Assembly (NCBI GenBank): GCA_030626645.1
Contig: DAOUTP010000001.1
Span: forward strand, 4,719-68,718
Reading direction: 5' to 3'
DNA: 64,000 bases
Source of the DNA: Candidatus Cloacimonadota bacterium
Lineage (GTDB): Bacteria > Cloacimonadota > Cloacimonadia > Cloacimonadales > TCS61
Below, in pieces: positions 11,555 to 21,898 of this stretch. Numbering within the stretch: position 1 is the first letter of the stretch; every line of letters begins with the position of its first letter. Made by a program: the position numbers and the translations under genes. The notes under the pieces are model-generated. The model worked only from the letters and a program-made list of their open reading frames with translations. It searched no databases and was not told the DNA's origin.

Positions 11555-12255
11555 ATTCCTTCTTTTTTATGTTGATTACTATATTGCAATACTTCAGGTT
11601 TACCAACATTAATACCAATATCACCCAGCATTATTGAAATAATATCAATAATATTGTCATTACTCCATTCCAATTGCTTAGAAGTAGCTGAACTATATTC
11701 ATTCCATTCTGAATCTTCTACAACCATATAAATAGGATTTGTAGGGTATCTTAAATAGACCATATCAACCATATTAAGGTTTTTAGGATAAAACCTGATA
11801 TAATCTTTTTGAAAATTTGCAATGGGATATTTCTTTGTTGGAAATACAATTTTACTTGTCATCCGCTCATTCCATTGTGTATCAGTAACAATATCAACTT
11901 CACGTAAATCAATTACTTCCAATTTTTGACTTTTATACGATATTGTTGAAATATAATAATAATTATCAGGAATCGGAGCATGTCCTGTACTATCTATATA
12001 TAAAGGAGATTTATCTTCACCCAAAAATACTTTAAATCTTCGTAAATCATCAGTAAGTTTTTGAGTTATATCAAAAGATTGTTGAGGTAATGGCATGCCC
12101 GGTTGATATTCCTCTGGAAGCCCAACTTTTCTTTTAAAATGTTTAAAATTAGCCATTTGTAAAAGATCATTGTATCCCTGAACAGTAAGCCTGTAACCTG
12201 GCCTTTTAAGTCCAATGATATAACTTAATAATCTTAATATCTCCTTTAAATCCAT
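11551..12255 (-). CDS. structural protein, unassigned
   Basis: 234-aa ORF, coupled to neighbours. Confidence 0.7.
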   Translation of the reverse strand: MDLKEILRLLSYIIGLKRPGYRLTVQGYNDLLQMANFKHFKRKVGLPEEYQPGMPLPQQSFDITQKLTDDLRRFKVFLGEDKSPLYIDSTGHAPIPDNYYYISTISYKSQKLEVIDLREVDIVTDTQWNERMTSKIVFPTKKYPIANFQKDYIRFYPKNLNMVDMVYLRYPTNPIYMVVEDSEWNEYSSATSKQLEWSNDNIIDIISIMLGDIGINVGKPEVLQYSNQHKKEGI

Positions 12256-13667
12256 TAGTCTTGTCTTTCAAATATTAAAGTAACTATAACTTCTCCCCCT
12301 GCATTTGTCTTCTTTGAACTTATTTGTAAAATATTTCCTGCAACAAATACATTAATAGAATTTGGTTCAGCTTCATCAACTGTCCCTTGAACTGAAGCAG
12401 CAGCTATTGTTAATATACCCGCTACCAAACCTGACCCTGCCACATTATTCCCTGCATTATCTTGAAAATAAATTTCTGCAACATTAGTTGCTTCAATAGC
12501 TTTTGTAACACAGGTATAAATATAAATAAGGTTAGCATCGTATGGTATCTTTATTTTATAATTCTGTGTTCCTGTATATCCTGTTTCAAACGAAAGTGTA
12601 AATGTTATCATCTCTGTTTGAAGATCAGTAGATAAGTTTGACGGAATAATAGTCCCATCCAATATCATAGTCGATTCCACAGCACCACTTTGAATTGTGG
12701 TTACACCGGTATTATCTATATCAATATCACCAGTCATATCAACTCCTGCAGCATCATTACTCCCATCCCCAACGTAAACATAAGTATTAGTTAAAGTAAG
12801 ATCAGTTCTATCATCTAATTGTGCCTGAATAGGACCTGTTACACCATCCAAATGACCTAATTCTGTTACATCTACTCCTGCATCAGTTGTTATTTCTCCT
12901 GTACCATCGGTTACCACAGCCATACTCACTGCCAAAGTCGCAAGTTTATCCAATGCTACCGAACCTGCTAAATCTGCATTAAGTATTGCACCTGTTAAAG
13001 CTAACTTACCGTAAGCAATTGCAGCACTATTATTAATATGACTATTATGAATTGCGTATCCTACTATATTAGTTACCCCTGAAATATTAAGTCCAATATC
13101 ACCTGTTATTGTTTGTTCTTCCGGCCTATTCATTCCACTTCCAATAAGGATATTACCTAAAGTTAAATCCTCAAGTTTTGCCAAAGTAACAGCTTCATCT
13201 TCTATCGCAGCAGTCAAAATAGCACCATCAACTATCATTGGGTCTTCAATCCATCCAACTCCCGGATCAAGAGACTGAAACATATAAACCATCCACCTAC
13301 TTACCCAAACTGCTTCAATATATATTTGATTTCGTTCTGTTAATCCACATTGAACATTAGTAAACTCCTGATCCATTATCTCAAATGTATGAACACCTGG
13401 AGCTATATAACCATCATATAGAATCCTGATCACTTGTCCGGGAGTTCCGGGATCGGTAGGTTTTATATCCCAATTAGCACCTAATGCAATCTGTCCGACC
13501 CCCACTGTAAATACATATATGAAATCAGCATCAGATAATAAATTTATATCCTCTGCTACACCGGGAGTACCTGTAGTAGTAACATTTATTGATCGGTAAT
13601 CCCAAAATTCCTGTGCATTAATTGCTACAGAAACTAATAATAAAATAATAAATAATATCCTTTTCAT
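12255..13667 (-). CDS. tail-fibre-like protein with signal-peptide-like N-terminus
   Basis: Track ORF 12255..13691. The start is more likely ATG 13667 (MKRILFIILLLVSVAINAQEF), which removes the overlap with the upstream gene. Gly/Thr/Ala/Ile-rich with fibre-type repeats (AVTLAKLEDLTLGNI, IAYGKLALTGAILNADLAGSVALDKLATL). Confidence 0.7.
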   Translation of the reverse strand: MKRILFIILLLVSVAINAQEFWDYRSINVTTTGTPGVAEDINLLSDADFIYVFTVGVGQIALGANWDIKPTDPGTPGQVIRILYDGYIAPGVHTFEIMDQEFTNVQCGLTERNQIYIEAVWVSRWMVYMFQSLDPGVGWIEDPMIVDGAILTAAIEDEAVTLAKLEDLTLGNILIGSGMNRPEEQTITGDIGLNISGVTNIVGYAIHNSHINNSAAIAYGKLALTGAILNADLAGSVALDKLATLAVSMAVVTDGTGEITTDAGVDVTELGHLDGVTGPIQAQLDDRTDLTLTNTYVYVGDGSNDAAGVDMTGDIDIDNTGVTTIQSGAVESTMILDGTIIPSNLSTDLQTEMITFTLSFETGYTGTQNYKIKIPYDANLIYIYTCVTKAIEATNVAEIYFQDNAGNNVAGSGLVAGILTIAAASVQGTVDEAEPNSINVFVAGNILQISSKKTNAGGEVIVTLIFERQD

Positions 13668-13671
13668 GTTT

Positions 13672-15339
13672 TTAAATTTTATGATGTTCAATTTTTAATT
13701 GTTTACAAACTATGTCATTAATAGTAGCCACTTTATTTTGTCCTGTAATTTTAATTATAATATCTCCCGATATTGTTTCTGTATCAGTAGTATCAGCAAT
13801 ATAAACCTTTCCAGGAGAACCTTTCCTGTATTTTTCATAATTAATAAATTGTGTTGCTGCACCTGTACATGTTATCCAAACCTTCAATGTTAAACGGTCA
13901 TTCTGGGCATTACAAAGTGTTTCTGTATAATAATCAAATGTTGCTCCTGAAACTCCAAAATAAAACTTAACAGTTTTTCCATTATCATTTTGACCAAATT
14001 GTATTAAAGATTCAACATAAATAACATCACCTTCTACTATTGTATCAGCAGTTAAAGTATAATTTTTTAAAGTTTTCTCTATTATTGTCGCAGTTGTTCC
14101 ATCATCTGAAATATCATTCCAGAGTATAGAAACCTGTGATCCTGCCGCACCGGCAGCACCTTCAATAGTCATTATATATGTCCACATCGCAACTCCTGTC
14201 TTTTCATAAAAATGGCCATTACCTGTTCTTATATAGTAATCTCCAACACTTCCTAATCCCGTAGCAGGTACAGCAGTTCCATTTAATATAGTAGAACCAA
14301 CAGTAGTAGAACCGGCAACAATAGAAGCCCATGCTATTACTTCTTTAGATGAAGTGTCTGAACCTAATGTCCATCCTTCTTCTCCCACAAGTTCTCTCAT
14401 CTTTGTTACAGAAAATGTAGTATCGTAACCATGTTCACGTGCAATTTCATACATAGACATATAATATGAAAGACTATTTCTCACATCTTCAAATCTTTGT
14501 GCTTCTTTGGTATTAGTTTTAGATGCTGTAAGAAAAGAATCATCAATATTTTTAAATGCCTGATAAAGCTGTTCTGAATAATCTTCATTTTCAACAATAT
14601 ATCCACTTCTCCCTGAAACATCAGTATATTCACCATATATTTGAGCATGAACAATTACCCATGTCTGACTATTCCACTCTTCAAGATTATAAATAGCTTC
14701 AGTATCCAAAAGAATATCATATTGCCCAGTCCATATATTAGGCCCAATTGTTACTGATTGTGCTGTTGATGTATCATTTGATTGCCCTGAACTCAATGGC
14801 CATCGGATAGTGAAATCCCTTCCAATTGCATCAATTAAAATATTTACAGGATCATAATCCGTACCATCAATATTAACCGTATAATCCGTATTATCAACTA
14901 TCGTCATTGTTGAAACTTTGCAAGAAGATGTTACTCCAATTACAGCAGTAGGTGTCTCAAACTGATAGTCATAAGTTTTCGTTACTGTAGCAAAGACTGC
15001 TGCAATCGCAGTAACTGACAATTTATAAACAATAGTATATGTTCCAAGCTGCACTTCGTCTTCTGAATCAAGTGGTAAATTAACAGATTTTGACCAAAGA
15101 GGAGTTCCTCCATCAATATCAGGAGATGCAAAACTATCAGTTTCCCATCCCACATTTGTATATAACACACCATTAGGCCCTGATATTTGTAAAATCCCCA
15201 AAACATTACTCAATGTTTTTCCATAAGTCGGATCATAATCAGCAGACAATAAGTCTGTAAACTCAAGGTCTTTTGTTTCTGCCGTTAAATCAAAGTCAAT
15301 ACTAAAAGTAATATTACTTTCTAACAATTGTGCTGCCAT
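13672..15339 (-). CDS. tail/receptor-binding candidate
   Basis: 555-aa ORF between the capsid and fibre genes. Thr/Gly/Asp-rich beta-type composition; no motif recognised. Confidence 0.75.
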   Translation of the reverse strand: MAAQLLESNITFSIDFDLTAETKDLEFTDLLSADYDPTYGKTLSNVLGILQISGPNGVLYTNVGWETDSFASPDIDGGTPLWSKSVNLPLDSEDEVQLGTYTIVYKLSVTAIAAVFATVTKTYDYQFETPTAVIGVTSSCKVSTMTIVDNTDYTVNIDGTDYDPVNILIDAIGRDFTIRWPLSSGQSNDTSTAQSVTIGPNIWTGQYDILLDTEAIYNLEEWNSQTWVIVHAQIYGEYTDVSGRSGYIVENEDYSEQLYQAFKNIDDSFLTASKTNTKEAQRFEDVRNSLSYYMSMYEIAREHGYDTTFSVTKMRELVGEEGWTLGSDTSSKEVIAWASIVAGSTTVGSTILNGTAVPATGLGSVGDYYIRTGNGHFYEKTGVAMWTYIMTIEGAAGAAGSQVSILWNDISDDGTTATIIEKTLKNYTLTADTIVEGDVIYVESLIQFGQNDNGKTVKFYFGVSGATFDYYTETLCNAQNDRLTLKVWITCTGAATQFINYEKYRKGSPGKVYIADTTDTETISGDIIIKITGQNKVATINDIVCKQLKIEHHKI

Positions 15340-15416
15340 AATTTTTATTTTTTAAGCAAAAATAGGTCATGCTAAAAACATAACACAACCTATTTTTATT
15401 TTCAGTAAACATTTTT

Positions 15417-16355
15417 TTATTTTAAAATTTCTTCAAATCTTCCTCTTGCTGCATCATTAGCTTCTAAATAATGTTCCAATGTATCTGTAGCTTTCTGGGT
15501 TGGATTAGTAGCAGTGATGAATTTACCAAGATTTTCACCATTCATAAAATACCATCCATTTGTTTTTCCTGGTGGACGTGCATTTTTTACCAAATTTTTA
15601 TTCAACGCAACCTGAACCATACTTCCAACTGCCCCTCTTACCTTATAATTGGCATATTCAAGAAATTTAGTAATATTCTTTATATCATACTCATCATTTT
15701 TTTTATGAAGTACTAACTTTTGCAATAAAATTCTAACTTCATTAGGGTCTTTAATAAAAATTCCAAAACATTCTCCAACAACTTTCAAACCTTCATCAGA
15801 TAATCCTTTGTTGAAAAGTGCATTCATCACTTCAGTAATCTTTTTTTCATAATCAACTTTAAACATCGTTTCTCTCATTCGATTTTCGAGTTTAAAGAAA
15901 GTATAAGATTTATTAAGATTTTGAAGTTTTTTAATACCTGTTTCTTCAATATCCTCAAAATAAGTTTCAACGTGAGGACAAACAAAAGTCAGCCAAAAGG
16001 CTAAACTTATATCTTTATTCAAATCAAGTGTTGCTCTACCTGTAAACTTATAAAATTCAGGTAAGAATTTTTTAACATCTGTGCCAGGCACTCTGTTAAA
16101 CGAATTGTAATGAGTAACTAACCACTCACCATCCTTACATTTATATTCTGCCGTTCTAAGAAATAAATCTCCTGACGGCTGTCCAGGATTTGGATTTTCA
16201 TAGGTAGGTTTATTTAATCTACCATCCACAAACTTAAAAGTAACTGTGTTCTGTTTTGCCGATTTTCTTAATAAAGTACATCCTCTTTTGTACTTCTCCC
16301 TAAAAGGATGATCTTCTTTAAAATCCTCAATCGTTTTTCCGTCTATTGCTATCAT
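15417..16355 (-). CDS. head-associated protein, unknown function
   Basis: 312-aa ORF directly downstream of the capsid gene. Confidence 0.7.
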   Translation of the reverse strand: MIAIDGKTIEDFKEDHPFREKYKRGCTLLRKSAKQNTVTFKFVDGRLNKPTYENPNPGQPSGDLFLRTAEYKCKDGEWLVTHYNSFNRVPGTDVKKFLPEFYKFTGRATLDLNKDISLAFWLTFVCPHVETYFEDIEETGIKKLQNLNKSYTFFKLENRMRETMFKVDYEKKITEVMNALFNKGLSDEGLKVVGECFGIFIKDPNEVRILLQKLVLHKKNDEYDIKNITKFLEYANYKVRGAVGSMVQVALNKNLVKNARPPGKTNGWYFMNGENLGKFITATNPTQKATDTLEHYLEANDAARGRFEEILK

Positions 16356-16404
16356 TTTTTTAATTATTTAAAAGCCCCTTCAATTAAGAAGGGGCATGTT
16401 TATT

Positions 16405-17814
16405 CTATACTGGTCGAATTTTTATAAATTGATTCATTTTCAAAAATTGGAAACCAAGATGTGCTCTCAACCAGGTATTGGTTTTATCTACGTCCCCGAC
16501 ATAGGATCCACCACCGGCTGCACCATTCTTCCATACTTCAAATTTTCGGGAATATCCATCTTTTTCCCTGTAACGTGTCCCAATACTATCAAGATAATGT
16601 CCTGTTTTTGTATCTTTCACTTTACCAAGAGGAGCAACAATTGCCCATTCATCAAAATCATAAATTCCGTCTGAAACAGCAGCAAATGTTTTAGGATTAC
16701 TCCAAGAATCCTGAACTACTAATACAAATGTAAGACCACCTTTAGTAATAGTCTTAAAATTATATGAAACCGAACGTTCATCATTTCCTCCGAAAAGTGT
16801 TTTTTGAATTCGGGTATAATCAACACCAGTATTAGTAAGATCAGTTATTGTTTGATTCTCAATTGTCTGCATAAGTTTTGCACCAATCATCATCAAAACA
16901 ACTCCTGTTGAAATACCCTGTGATCTCAAATACAATGAAATAGTATCAAAATATGTATTTGCCCATGTTCCTGAAGTAAAAGTCATATTTTCACCAAGTT
17001 CACTAATCCATGAACTAATTCCCCTGGTAGTTTTAATAGTATTACCAAGTCCGTTAGTTCCTGTAACAAGCACTGTATTAGTGTTTTCTTCACCCATAAG
17101 GAATGCTCCGTCCATTTTTAAAGCTAAAAGATAATCTCCTCGCTCATAACCTGGTGAATACCATCCTTTCAAACTTTTATTATTATCCAATACTTTATAC
17201 CAAGGTTCATTAACTAATTGCGAACCTTCACAACCAATTGTTTCCTTGAATATTTGTGATACAAATTTTCTTTTAGAAGTTCCAACAACAGTACCCTGAG
17301 GTTGCCCTGTTCCGGCTCCAAAAGCACCATTAGTAATTGATATAACAACATCAGCAGCAATTGCTCCAATTGTATCACCTAATTTTAATGGTTTTATTTC
17401 TAATGTATGTGCTCCTGTTGTTGATGTTTTTTCTGTAATAATACCCTGAACATAATTATTACCTTTCGGAAAAGTAACAATATCACCTTCTCTTGGATAA
17501 GTATTATCTTTTGAATCATGCTCAGCAGCAACAATAGTATATGTTCCGGCATTATTTATACCAGGATCACCAACCAATGTTTTATTTTTCCATGTTTGAT
17601 GGTACCAATTTTCTTCATGTCCATACCATTCATCCCCTGCAATAGGTGATTCTTTTCCCATTGCTCTAAACATTTGGAATGCAGGTAAAAACTGACTTCC
17701 GAACCTACTCATAAGTTCGGGAATATGTTGTGGTTTAGCCACATCATGTATAGACCATATCTGTTCTGTTAAAATCCCAGCTACCGGATATGAATCTGCT
17801 TGTATAATTGCCAT
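16405..17814 (-). CDS. major capsid protein (by synteny)
   Basis: 469-aa ORF following the portal and an acidic scaffold-like gene. Size and Gly/Thr-rich composition fit an HK97-type MCP. No database search possible. Confidence 0.6.
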   Translation of the reverse strand: MAIIQADSYPVAGILTEQIWSIHDVAKPQHIPELMSRFGSQFLPAFQMFRAMGKESPIAGDEWYGHEENWYHQTWKNKTLVGDPGINNAGTYTIVAAEHDSKDNTYPREGDIVTFPKGNNYVQGIITEKTSTTGAHTLEIKPLKLGDTIGAIAADVVISITNGAFGAGTGQPQGTVVGTSKRKFVSQIFKETIGCEGSQLVNEPWYKVLDNNKSLKGWYSPGYERGDYLLALKMDGAFLMGEENTNTVLVTGTNGLGNTIKTTRGISSWISELGENMTFTSGTWANTYFDTISLYLRSQGISTGVVLMMIGAKLMQTIENQTITDLTNTGVDYTRIQKTLFGGNDERSVSYNFKTITKGGLTFVLVVQDSWSNPKTFAAVSDGIYDFDEWAIVAPLGKVKDTKTGHYLDSIGTRYREKDGYSRKFEVWKNGAAGGGSYVGDVDKTNTWLRAHLGFQFLKMNQFIKIRPV

Positions 17815-17856
17815 TATTTTTCAAATTAAGGGTTAATAAATACCCATAACCTGAAA

Positions 17857-18981
17857 CTATTTCACTTCAGACATCAACGCCTCAAAAATTTCCTGCGAGT
17901 TGTCTGAAATTGATGAATCAACTTTTGGTTGAACACCTTCTTTTGTCGGTTTCGGATTATGGATTGCTTTTCTCCATTTTCCATCTTCCGCTTTGCTTAC
18001 TTGTTCTGCTATCATAGTATTGTACTCATTCAAATTATCAACAATATACATCTTATTCATAAGGGACTTTACATCTCTTATTGATTCTTCAGTATCAGGA
18101 AGATTGTTATTTACAATATATTCAGCAGCAAATTTATAATATGCTTCTTTTTTTTCTTTCGGAATCTCAATTTCCATAAATTGCTCAACATCTTTGCCGT
18201 TTTCTGAATTAACACTGATGTCAATTTTACCAAAATCATCTTTTATTTTACTAAAACCCGGTTTCCATTTTTCAATAAACTCAGTCTTTTGTTTCTCTAC
18301 GTCCGCTTGACCCTTAACCGGATCAGGAACTTCGATACCTTTAAGACGGTCATCAAATGTTCGTTTAATTTTTCCAACCTCTACTTCCAAATCCATCTTA
18401 GCATCCATATACTCTTGACTATCTGATTCAATTTCAGAATCAAATAAAGAAGGATACTTTCTCTCTACCCATCGACTAACCTTTTCAGGTTGATCTTTGT
18501 AATCTGGATTTTGTTGTACAAATTGTAGTTTTACGTAATCAATTGCACTCAACCCACCAAAAATATGTTTTTGATAAGTCGATACATCATCAGGAGATTC
18601 TTTTGATATTTGCTCTAATTTAAAATAATTAGGATCCTCATAAGGACTTTTAACTTTTAAATCATTAAGTTCCTTTGTTGTGTTGGCAAACTGTTCTTTT
18701 TGAGTTCTTAAATCAGTAAGTTCAGTTTGTTGTTCTTTGAAATTTTTTAAATTTTCCTTAACGATTTCAACATTTTCATAACCTTCAAAATGTTCAGTAA
18801 AATAATCCTGTTTATCCACAGGAATGTTTACCGAGCTGTCAGCAGGAGCTAAAGGCTCTGCCGGAGGAGCTAAAGGTTCTGGTTTCGTTGGTGGTTCTTT
18901 CAGTTGATTTTCCTCAACTTTTTCACCTTCGTTAACTATGTTCATTAAATAATCATCTACCATTTTTTCTGTTTTTTGCAA
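17857..18981 (-). CDS. scaffolding protein (by synteny/composition)
   Basis: 374-aa, highly acidic, K/E-rich helical sequence with a PxP repeat (PPTKPEPLAPPAEPLAP), lying between the portal and capsid genes. Confidence 0.5.
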   Translation of the reverse strand: MQKTEKMVDDYLMNIVNEGEKVEENQLKEPPTKPEPLAPPAEPLAPADSSVNIPVDKQDYFTEHFEGYENVEIVKENLKNFKEQQTELTDLRTQKEQFANTTKELNDLKVKSPYEDPNYFKLEQISKESPDDVSTYQKHIFGGLSAIDYVKLQFVQQNPDYKDQPEKVSRWVERKYPSLFDSEIESDSQEYMDAKMDLEVEVGKIKRTFDDRLKGIEVPDPVKGQADVEKQKTEFIEKWKPGFSKIKDDFGKIDISVNSENGKDVEQFMEIEIPKEKKEAYYKFAAEYIVNNNLPDTEESIRDVKSLMNKMYIVDNLNEYNTMIAEQVSKAEDGKWRKAIHNPKPTKEGVQPKVDSSISDNSQEIFEALMSEVK

Positions 18982-18990
18982 ATATACAAA

Positions 18991-21315
18991 CTAATTTGTA
19001 CTTAGTTGTAATTCTGCTAATTTATTTTCATGTTTCAATTCTTCAACTTCTATTAAAATCCTACCTTTTTCTTTTTCAATTTTTAATTCTTTATTTTCTT
19101 CGGCACCAATTTCATTTATTTTTGCAGTAGATTTAGCATCAATTTCAGTTATCATTTGATCATGTTTTTCTAAATCTTTTTTCCGAGCTTCCTCACCCAT
19201 AAGACGTTGCGTATTATCGGCTATTTCTTTATCCCTTTTCATGGATTCTTTTTCTTTTTTAGCCAACCACATTTCGATGCTTTTCAAACTTACATCATTA
19301 GTTACACATCTTACAACAAAGAAATATTCTGAAGCAGTCAATGCTGCATTTCCATTTTTTCCTCCTGCCAACATAGTTCGGGCAGTAGCAAGAATTTCAT
19401 TTTTTTGAAAATTATTGGGCTTAGCAATCAATTTTATTCCAAATTCAACAGGTGGATACTTTCCGGCTGCCTGCAATGCCATCACCGACCCTGCTCCAAT
19501 TACCTTATAATAAGGATTAGTGTCAACCCCCTCTCCTATCCCTGCCTGTATCTTCCATGCAGCACACACAGCAGCTTTTTCTCTCATCCATAGATAAGCA
19601 GAATGAATTGGTTTCAGAGTATTAGAAGTAGCCGCAATAGCCATTTCCGTTACTGCTTTTCCCTGCCCCGGCTGAGGGGCCTGCTGTGCCGATGTTACAG
19701 GATCAACTCCCGATAACATAAAAAGTTGTTCATAGAAAAACTGCATTGATTGAATAGCATCAGTTATCGCCGTTCCAAGACCTCCACGAAGTTCTTCTAT
19801 CGGTTTTCCCGAATTCATTGGCTTAGGTGTACCTGGTGCCCCTCCTGATGGCTGTAATCTATACAAAAAATTTCCTGTATGAGAATAAAGCTGAATAACA
19901 TCCATTGGATCCAATATTTTACCACCATAAGTGATATTTTCCAAACAACCAACTTCAATTTTTATACCGGATGGAGATGATTTAATTATCGCATTTTGAA
20001 GTCTCAAATAGGTAAATTCTATATTATCTTCAACAGGAATAATACTTTCAACAATAGGTTTAACCGGCAATTTATAAAAATGAATAGGAGATTCAACATC
20101 TTTTGTTCTGTAATTGAAAGGAATATTAAAATCCTTTCCATGATATATAAGATATTCTGTTCCAATTATCCACTCAGTCTTATAAAGACTTCGCATTGCT
20201 GTAGAAGTTGTTTTCTTATTCTCAGAATTATGAACTTTTGGTGGTATAACTTTACCATTTATATTTCTATATTTTTCGTAATAAACTTTACTTCCCTTCT
20301 TTTGAGTATGATATTCCGTATCAACTGTCTTCCAAAAACATCTCAATACAGGAATACGAAAATTTGATTTTTCGGAATAAATCTTTTCATTACCATATTC
20401 TCCCTGAAACTGTTCTCCTATTTCTTCATATTCCTCTTTTGTCCAATCAGTATCCATCATAATATCAGTAAGATTTCTCCACTTTATTACTCCGAAATAT
20501 GTCGAATCCCTAAAATCATTATGTTTTGAATCTTCAATTATTAAATCTACAACATCCAACCATTCATTAGTAACTTTTCCGTGATCCGTATCATTGAATG
20601 TTATTTCTGCCGTCATACCTATGGAAGCCAAATCAAATATCTGCTTTTTTTCAATTTCTTTTTGTTGTGAAATATATTCCGTATGTTTAATACCTTTCTC
20701 AATAGCTTCTTCATAACTAAGTTTGAACATACCCATATCCTCAAATAAATTCAATTCATCTATAGATTCAGGAATAATTTCTTCATTATCCTGTGTTGGA
20801 ATGTTCATTATCTTGTCAACTTGTTCATAAGTTTTTTTCAAATCCTTTTTAACAAGCATTTTCAATTTCATTTCTTCCCTGAGTGTACCACTATGTTCAT
20901 CTTCACCAACAGCTTCAATACCATGACTTTGACTTTGAATTGCACTCACTATATTCATCATAAACTTGGGAACCGGAGAAAAAATATCTTCAAAATTCAC
21001 AATCAAATATCCTTCTCTGGTTTTTTTATTTAATGATGTTGTACCATCTTCCGCAACAACAGGAAAAGAAGGGCCTTCTTCTACATCACTAAGAAATTCT
21101 TTTTTATAAATATCAGATGATTGCCTTCCTTCTGCATAACTCCTATTACGCTGAATCATTCCTAAATCTGAAATTTTTACTCCTGTACTTCCATTCAGAT
21201 AATTACCATAAATAAACTTTGAAAAATCTAAACTATACGGTTTTAATGCCTTATCCTTAGGATCAATATGATCTGATGGTCTAATATATTCAGCTTGTTT
21301 TATTACTGGTATCAT
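18991..21315 (-). CDS. portal protein (by size/synteny)
   Basis: 774-aa first gene of the late operon, with a charged coiled-coil C-terminus (KEKESMKRDKEIADNTQRL...). The order portal-scaffold-capsid is canonical. Confidence 0.55.
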   Translation of the reverse strand: MIPVIKQAEYIRPSDHIDPKDKALKPYSLDFSKFIYGNYLNGSTGVKISDLGMIQRNRSYAEGRQSSDIYKKEFLSDVEEGPSFPVVAEDGTTSLNKKTREGYLIVNFEDIFSPVPKFMMNIVSAIQSQSHGIEAVGEDEHSGTLREEMKLKMLVKKDLKKTYEQVDKIMNIPTQDNEEIIPESIDELNLFEDMGMFKLSYEEAIEKGIKHTEYISQQKEIEKKQIFDLASIGMTAEITFNDTDHGKVTNEWLDVVDLIIEDSKHNDFRDSTYFGVIKWRNLTDIMMDTDWTKEEYEEIGEQFQGEYGNEKIYSEKSNFRIPVLRCFWKTVDTEYHTQKKGSKVYYEKYRNINGKVIPPKVHNSENKKTTSTAMRSLYKTEWIIGTEYLIYHGKDFNIPFNYRTKDVESPIHFYKLPVKPIVESIIPVEDNIEFTYLRLQNAIIKSSPSGIKIEVGCLENITYGGKILDPMDVIQLYSHTGNFLYRLQPSGGAPGTPKPMNSGKPIEELRGGLGTAITDAIQSMQFFYEQLFMLSGVDPVTSAQQAPQPGQGKAVTEMAIAATSNTLKPIHSAYLWMREKAAVCAAWKIQAGIGEGVDTNPYYKVIGAGSVMALQAAGKYPPVEFGIKLIAKPNNFQKNEILATARTMLAGGKNGNAALTASEYFFVVRCVTNDVSLKSIEMWLAKKEKESMKRDKEIADNTQRLMGEEARKKDLEKHDQMITEIDAKSTAKINEIGAEENKELKIEKEKGRILIEVEELKHENKLAELQLSTN

Positions 21316-21331
21316 TCTAATAATATTTTTG

Positions 21332-21404
21332 AAGCGATGGAAGGATTTGAACCTCCGACCTTTAGGTTATGAGCCTAACGAGCTACCAACTGCTCCACAT
21401 CGCA
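21332..21404 (-). tRNA. tRNA with CAU anticodon (Met, or Ile2 if lysidinylated)
   Basis: The reverse complement folds as a cloverleaf: acceptor UGCGAUG/CAUCGCU (6 bp plus a U1-U72 mismatch); D arm GAGC-AGUUGGUA-GCUC; anticodon arm UUAGG-CUCAUAA-CCUAA; variable AGGUC; T arm GGAGG-UUCAAAU-CCUUC. No encoded CCA. Confidence 0.8.
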
Positions 21405-21409
21405 TTTTG

Positions 21410-21417
21410 CAAAGATA
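21410..21417 (-). promoter_or_regulatory. Bacteroidota-type -7 box (TATCTTTG) for tRNA + late operon
   Basis: Minus-strand TATCTTTG ends 6 nt before the tRNA 5' end and matches the TAnnTTTG consensus. Confidence 0.5.
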
Positions 21418-21480
21418 AATATATTTTTTGTATCTTTACAAAAGTTTTCTGTTTTCTTTTTTGCTTAACGCTTGATTTTA

Positions 21481-21515
21481 CCTCTACTTGAAAAAGTAGG
21501 GGTATTTTTTTATTT
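21481..21515 (+). terminator. intrinsic terminator hairpin
   Basis: CCTCTACTT-GAAA-AAGTAGGGG (9 bp, one G-U, GAAA tetraloop) followed by TATTTTTTTATTTT. Confidence 0.55.
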
Positions 21516-21578
21516 TATTTGCAAAAAAATTTGGATTTGTCAAAATTAGTAGTAATTTTGCAAATAAAAATTAAACAA

Positions 21579-21821
21579 ATGCGAAAAAAAACAAAATATT
21601 ATAAACATAATAAATACGAAAAGGTAGCTGTATATTCTGGATATAATCTAATAATTCATAACACAGATAAAGAGCATAAAGGTAAAATGTTTGGAGCAAT
21701 TTTTCATTACGATTTAAAAGAAAATAATTATAAAGAATTTGATCAATGGAATAAGATTCCTATTGATGAATATATACAATTAACAGGTTTCGATGATTCT
21801 GTAATGAGAAATTATATATAA
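21579..21821 (+). CDS. hypothetical early protein
   Basis: Track ORF 21519..21821. ATG 21579 (MRKKTKYYKHN...) is the likelier start because a TAATTTTG -7 box lies at about 21552-21559. Confidence 0.6.
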   Translation: MRKKTKYYKHNKYEKVAVYSGYNLIIHNTDKEHKGKMFGAIFHYDLKENNYKEFDQWNKIPIDEYIQLTGFDDSVMRNYI

Positions 21822-21898
21822 ATGACATTTTAAGTAATGTTTAGACCGATTTGTTGTGATGTAATTAGATTTTTTAGACATAGTAGTGAAGTTTTTTT

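Noticed and set aside
12255-15339. Possible diversity-generating retroelement targeting the fibre genes.
   Set aside because: No reverse transcriptase ORF is present, and no template/variable repeat pair was visible anywhere in the window.
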